NCBI GenBank assembly: GCA_964016885.1
Contig: OZ024740.1
Coordinates: 45,632,001-45,696,000 of the forward strand
Direction of reading: 5' to 3'
Origin: Eledone cirrhosa
Lineage: Eukaryota
DNA length: 64,000 nt
Part shown: one piece after another, positions 60,296 through 64,000 of the stretch
Numbering within the stretch: the stretch's first letter is position 1
Layout: the number at the start of each line of letters is the position of its first letter
The notes under the pieces: generated by a model
Told to the model about the DNA's origin: nothing
Database searches by the model: none
What the model saw: the letters and a program-made list of their open reading frames with translations, nothing else
Made by a program: the position numbers and the translations under genes

Positions 60296-61755
60296 ATCTA
60301 CCTCCACCAGATCTGCAGATATATACATCTACCTCCACCAGATCTACAGATATATACATCTACCTCCACTGGATCTACAGATATATACACCTACCTCCAC
60401 CAGATCTACAGATATATACACCTACCTCCACCAGATCTGCAGATATATACATCTACCTCCACCAGATCTGCAGATATATACATCTACCTCCACTGGATCT
60501 ACAGATATATACACCTACCTCCACCAGATCTGCAGATATATACATCTACCTCCACCAGATCTGCAGATATATACACCTACCTCCACCAGATCTGCAGATA
60601 TATACATCTACCTCCACCAGATCTGCAGATATATACACCTACCTCCACCAGATCTACAGATATATACACCTACCTCCACAGGATCTACAGATATATACAT
60701 CTACCTCCACCAGATCTGCAGATATATACATCTACCTCCACTGGATCTACAGATATATACACATACCTCCATCATATCTACATCTACCTCTACTGGATCT
60801 ACAGATATATACACCTACCTCCATCATATCTACATCTACCTCCATTGGATCTACAGATATATACACATACCTCCATCATATCTACATCTACCTCCATTGG
60901 ATCTACAGATATATACACCTACCTCCATCATATCTACAGACCTCAAAATATATACACCTGTCTCCCCCAGATCTACATACACCCGGGAAGAAACACCTAC
61001 CTCCACTAGATCTACAGATATATACACCTACCTCCACCATATCTACAGATATATACATCTACCTCCACCAGATCTACAGATATATACATCTACCTCCACC
61101 AGATCTACAGATATATACACCTACCTCCACCATATCTACAGATATATACATCTACCTCCACCAGATCTGCAGATATATACATCTACCTCCACTGGATCTA
61201 CAGATATATACACCTACCTCCACTGGATCTACAGATATATACATCTACCTCCACCAGATCTACAGATATATACATCTACCTCCGCCAGATCTACAGATAT
61301 ATACATCTACATCCACCAGATCTACAGATATATACATCTACCTCCACCAGATCTACAGATATATACATCTACCTCCACCAGATCTACAGATATATACATC
61401 TACCTCCACCAGATCTACAGATATATACATCTACCTCCACCAGATCTACAGATATATACATCTACCTCCACCAGATCTACAGACCTCCAGATATATACAT
61501 GTATCTCCATCACATATACAAACCCCCAGATATATACACCTATCTCCATTACATCTACAGATATCCAGATATATACACCTACCTCCACCATATCTACAGA
61601 TATATACACCTACCTCCACCAGATCTACAGATATATACATCTACCTCCACCAGATCTACAGATATATATATCTACCTCCATCAGATCTACAGATATATAC
61701 ATCTACCTCCACCAGATCTACAGATATATACATCTACCTCCACCAGATCTACAGA
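60296..61755. repeat. 31-bp minisatellite, about 45 copies
   Basis: Unit atatatacatctacctccaccagatctacag; the translation cycles every 31 aa through three frames. Confidence 0.95.
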
Positions 61756-62310
61756 CGTCTAGATATATGTTATGAGCGGAGTTAAAGTGTATTATAAATA
61801 AATTCATAAGACATTTGCATGCTACCTAAGATTTCAAAGCCTACTTGAGCATAGATCTTAGAGACCGTATATCTGCTTATCTTTAACATATATATATGGT
61901 CTCTAAGACCCACGCTAGAGAAGGATTGAAATCTTAGGTAGCCTGAAACTGAGTTGAAAATTTATTTTAAATAATTCTTTCTATTTTTGTTTTTATTCTT
62001 TGACATCCAGATACATACATTTACCTCCATCATATCCAGTGTTTCACATTCATCCATCAGCCATTCAATTGTCACACACACACACACGCGCGTACGCGCA
62101 CGCGCACACACATATATTATTGAATAAAATGACAGGAGGGCGGACTGGTGAATTTCCTTTAATGTTTTATTCAATAATAATTAACTCCTTTCCCGCACCA
62201 CCAACAGGATTCAACACCAAAGATGGATGAGTTAAGTGCTTTTCCTAATATTACATCATGGTTAACTATACGGAATGACAGGTTCTGTCCAGTGGTGCAC
62301 CACCAAACTT

Positions 62311-62370
<60 letters not shown>

Positions 62371-62492
62371 TCATGCAACAACCAGTCATTTGTCACGCAT
62401 ATATATTGTCACGCACAATCACCCGTACAGACGTACGAAATTAATACAGCTGCGTAGTATAGACTTCCGAGATAAAAAAAAACAGATGCAAA

Positions 62493-62880
62493 TATCAGGT
62501 TGGAACTTCTTTGGACAAGTGATATAGCTCTTTTCCTTTCAGATTATAAGAAAAGTATTCCCGAAAACACTTTCAATTCACCCCCATGTTTCATGCAAGC
62601 AAAGAGCAATTTCATAGCGGAGTGAACGCAAGTGCAACAGCAGGAACTATCCAGAATATTTATAGTGCAGATGAAATATGGAAAAGAACATACAGCAGTT
62701 TTCTCCTTCAGAAATGGGGATTTCAACCTAAAAGATGAGCCAAGATGGGGTCACGCAAATAGTTTAGATTTAGTGACATTTACTGTCTTTATAACTAGAG
62801 ATCGCAGCAGATATTTCAGTGTTAGCCACACAACGGTCCTACGTGGATTGCGAAGACTTGGAAAAGTTTTAAAGGTTTGA
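62493..62880 (+). mobile_element. Mariner transposon 5' fragment
   Basis: FRNGDFNLKDEPR and FSVSHTTVLRGLRRLGKV resemble the mariner N-terminal DNA-binding region; truncated. Confidence 0.65.
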
Positions 62881-63499
62881 AGTGTAGCCGTACTCACCAC
62901 GCTTAGCTAATTGTGGGTTGAGGCTATTTAATCCATAACTGTGGTGGATGACCATTGAGTCTGAGGAGTTTATCTGCCCTTTAACAGTTCTTGATTTTTG
63001 TGCTGCTGGGGTTCCACTTACACTCCTCTTCAAACCAGGGTAAAGTTTAGTCACCTACCACTCGACCATGAAGCAGGTTGTATTACGTTCCGTGGTACCA
63101 GTAGCAGGCAGAATGATTAAATACGTCCCCCTAAAATCGATCGAGCAGAACTTTCATTCCGAATTGTTATATACAGAATCTCTATATTAACATCTGCTTG
63201 AATAATAAAAATTTAGATTTGTTATAAGAATATCAATTCTGGATAGATTTTGCCGAATTCATGATTAGCATTCATGCTAATTTTTACGCGATTTTTTAAA
63301 AAATTGCTTTTAATTAAGAAGCAATAAATGTTAACTGATTGTTAAAAATAGTGCCCGATGATGGTGTTAAATCGTTTTGTAGTTTTTCTAATGCGTGTGC
63401 AGTGGAGATACATGTCTGGGCAATTATAATTTTCTATAATTTAATAAATCTCACTGCATTTTTATTCCCAATGGATAAACTCTCTTTACACTCATAATA

Positions 63500-63815
63500 A
63501 GGCAGCGAATTGGCAGAGTCATTAGAACGTCGGATAGACTGCTTCGTGGTATTTATTCCAGCTGTCTGTGCTCTGAGTTCAAATCACACCGTCTCAACTT
63601 TGCCTTTCACCCTTTGCAGGTCATTAAATATACTAATTGTTTCTACTTTTGGCAAAGGCTAGCAATTATCCCAGTGTATTACTGGTACTTTATTTTATCG
63701 ATCCCGTAAGAATGAAAGGCAAAGTTAATCTCGGTGGGATTTGAACTCAGACCAAAAAGGGCCGTAACTCTTTGCTGCAAAGCACGGCGTCCGACCCTCT
63801 ACCAATACTGCCAAT
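63500..63815. mobile_element. Two convergent family A SINE-like copies
   Basis: About 63500-63625 (+) and 63635-63815 (-). Confidence 0.7.
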
Positions 63816-64000
63816 CAGGTCATTACATATAATACCAATCAAATACTGGGGCCGATTCTCACATCCTCTCCTCTACTCTCGCTCCCTCCTCTTTCTCTTT
63901 TCCTCCCTATCTGTTTGTCTCCCTGTCTGGAAGAATGATGGGCCCCGCTAGGTTTAAATGTCCAAGACGTTCCATGTTTCACTACGACGCCCTCTACAAC

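Noticed and set aside
60231-61785. Two 514-aa ORFs as protein-coding genes
   Set aside because: The 31-bp unit is not a multiple of 3, the same peptide appears in shifted frames, and there is no splice or domain evidence.

Overview
AT-rich, microsatellite-dense eukaryotic genomic DNA. The SINE/LINE/Helitron content and a reflectin-like motif point to a coleoid cephalopod, probably an octopus (inference). The one host gene is a multi-exon transglutaminase on the minus strand. I traced 14 coding exons by hand (34017 down to 1595, about 855 codons, every junction GT-AG and phase-consistent); the 3' end lies beyond the left edge of the window. A probable non-coding first exon and a TATA/GC/CCAAT promoter sit at about 43.3-43.5 kb. 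Main finding: the roughly 296-aa Pro/Met-rich N-terminal extension contains an ungapped match to the reflectin N-terminal motif (MSRLTMDFEGNYMDNNGEFMDP). The Cys-His-Asp triad is intact, but the residues equivalent to TG2 Trp241 and Tyr516 appear substituted. Second theme: many hammerhead-ribozyme motifs, in (TA)n-flanked fold-back and tandem Penelope-like remnants, including a tandem pair with a U3-A8 core. The rest is a Helitron with both termini but frameshifted RepHel, microsatellite-associated R4/Dong-type LINEs, degenerate RTE, L2/CR1, Tx1 and mariner fragments, piggyBac-type MITEs, SINEs and tandem repeats. All calls are from reading the sequence; no database search was run.
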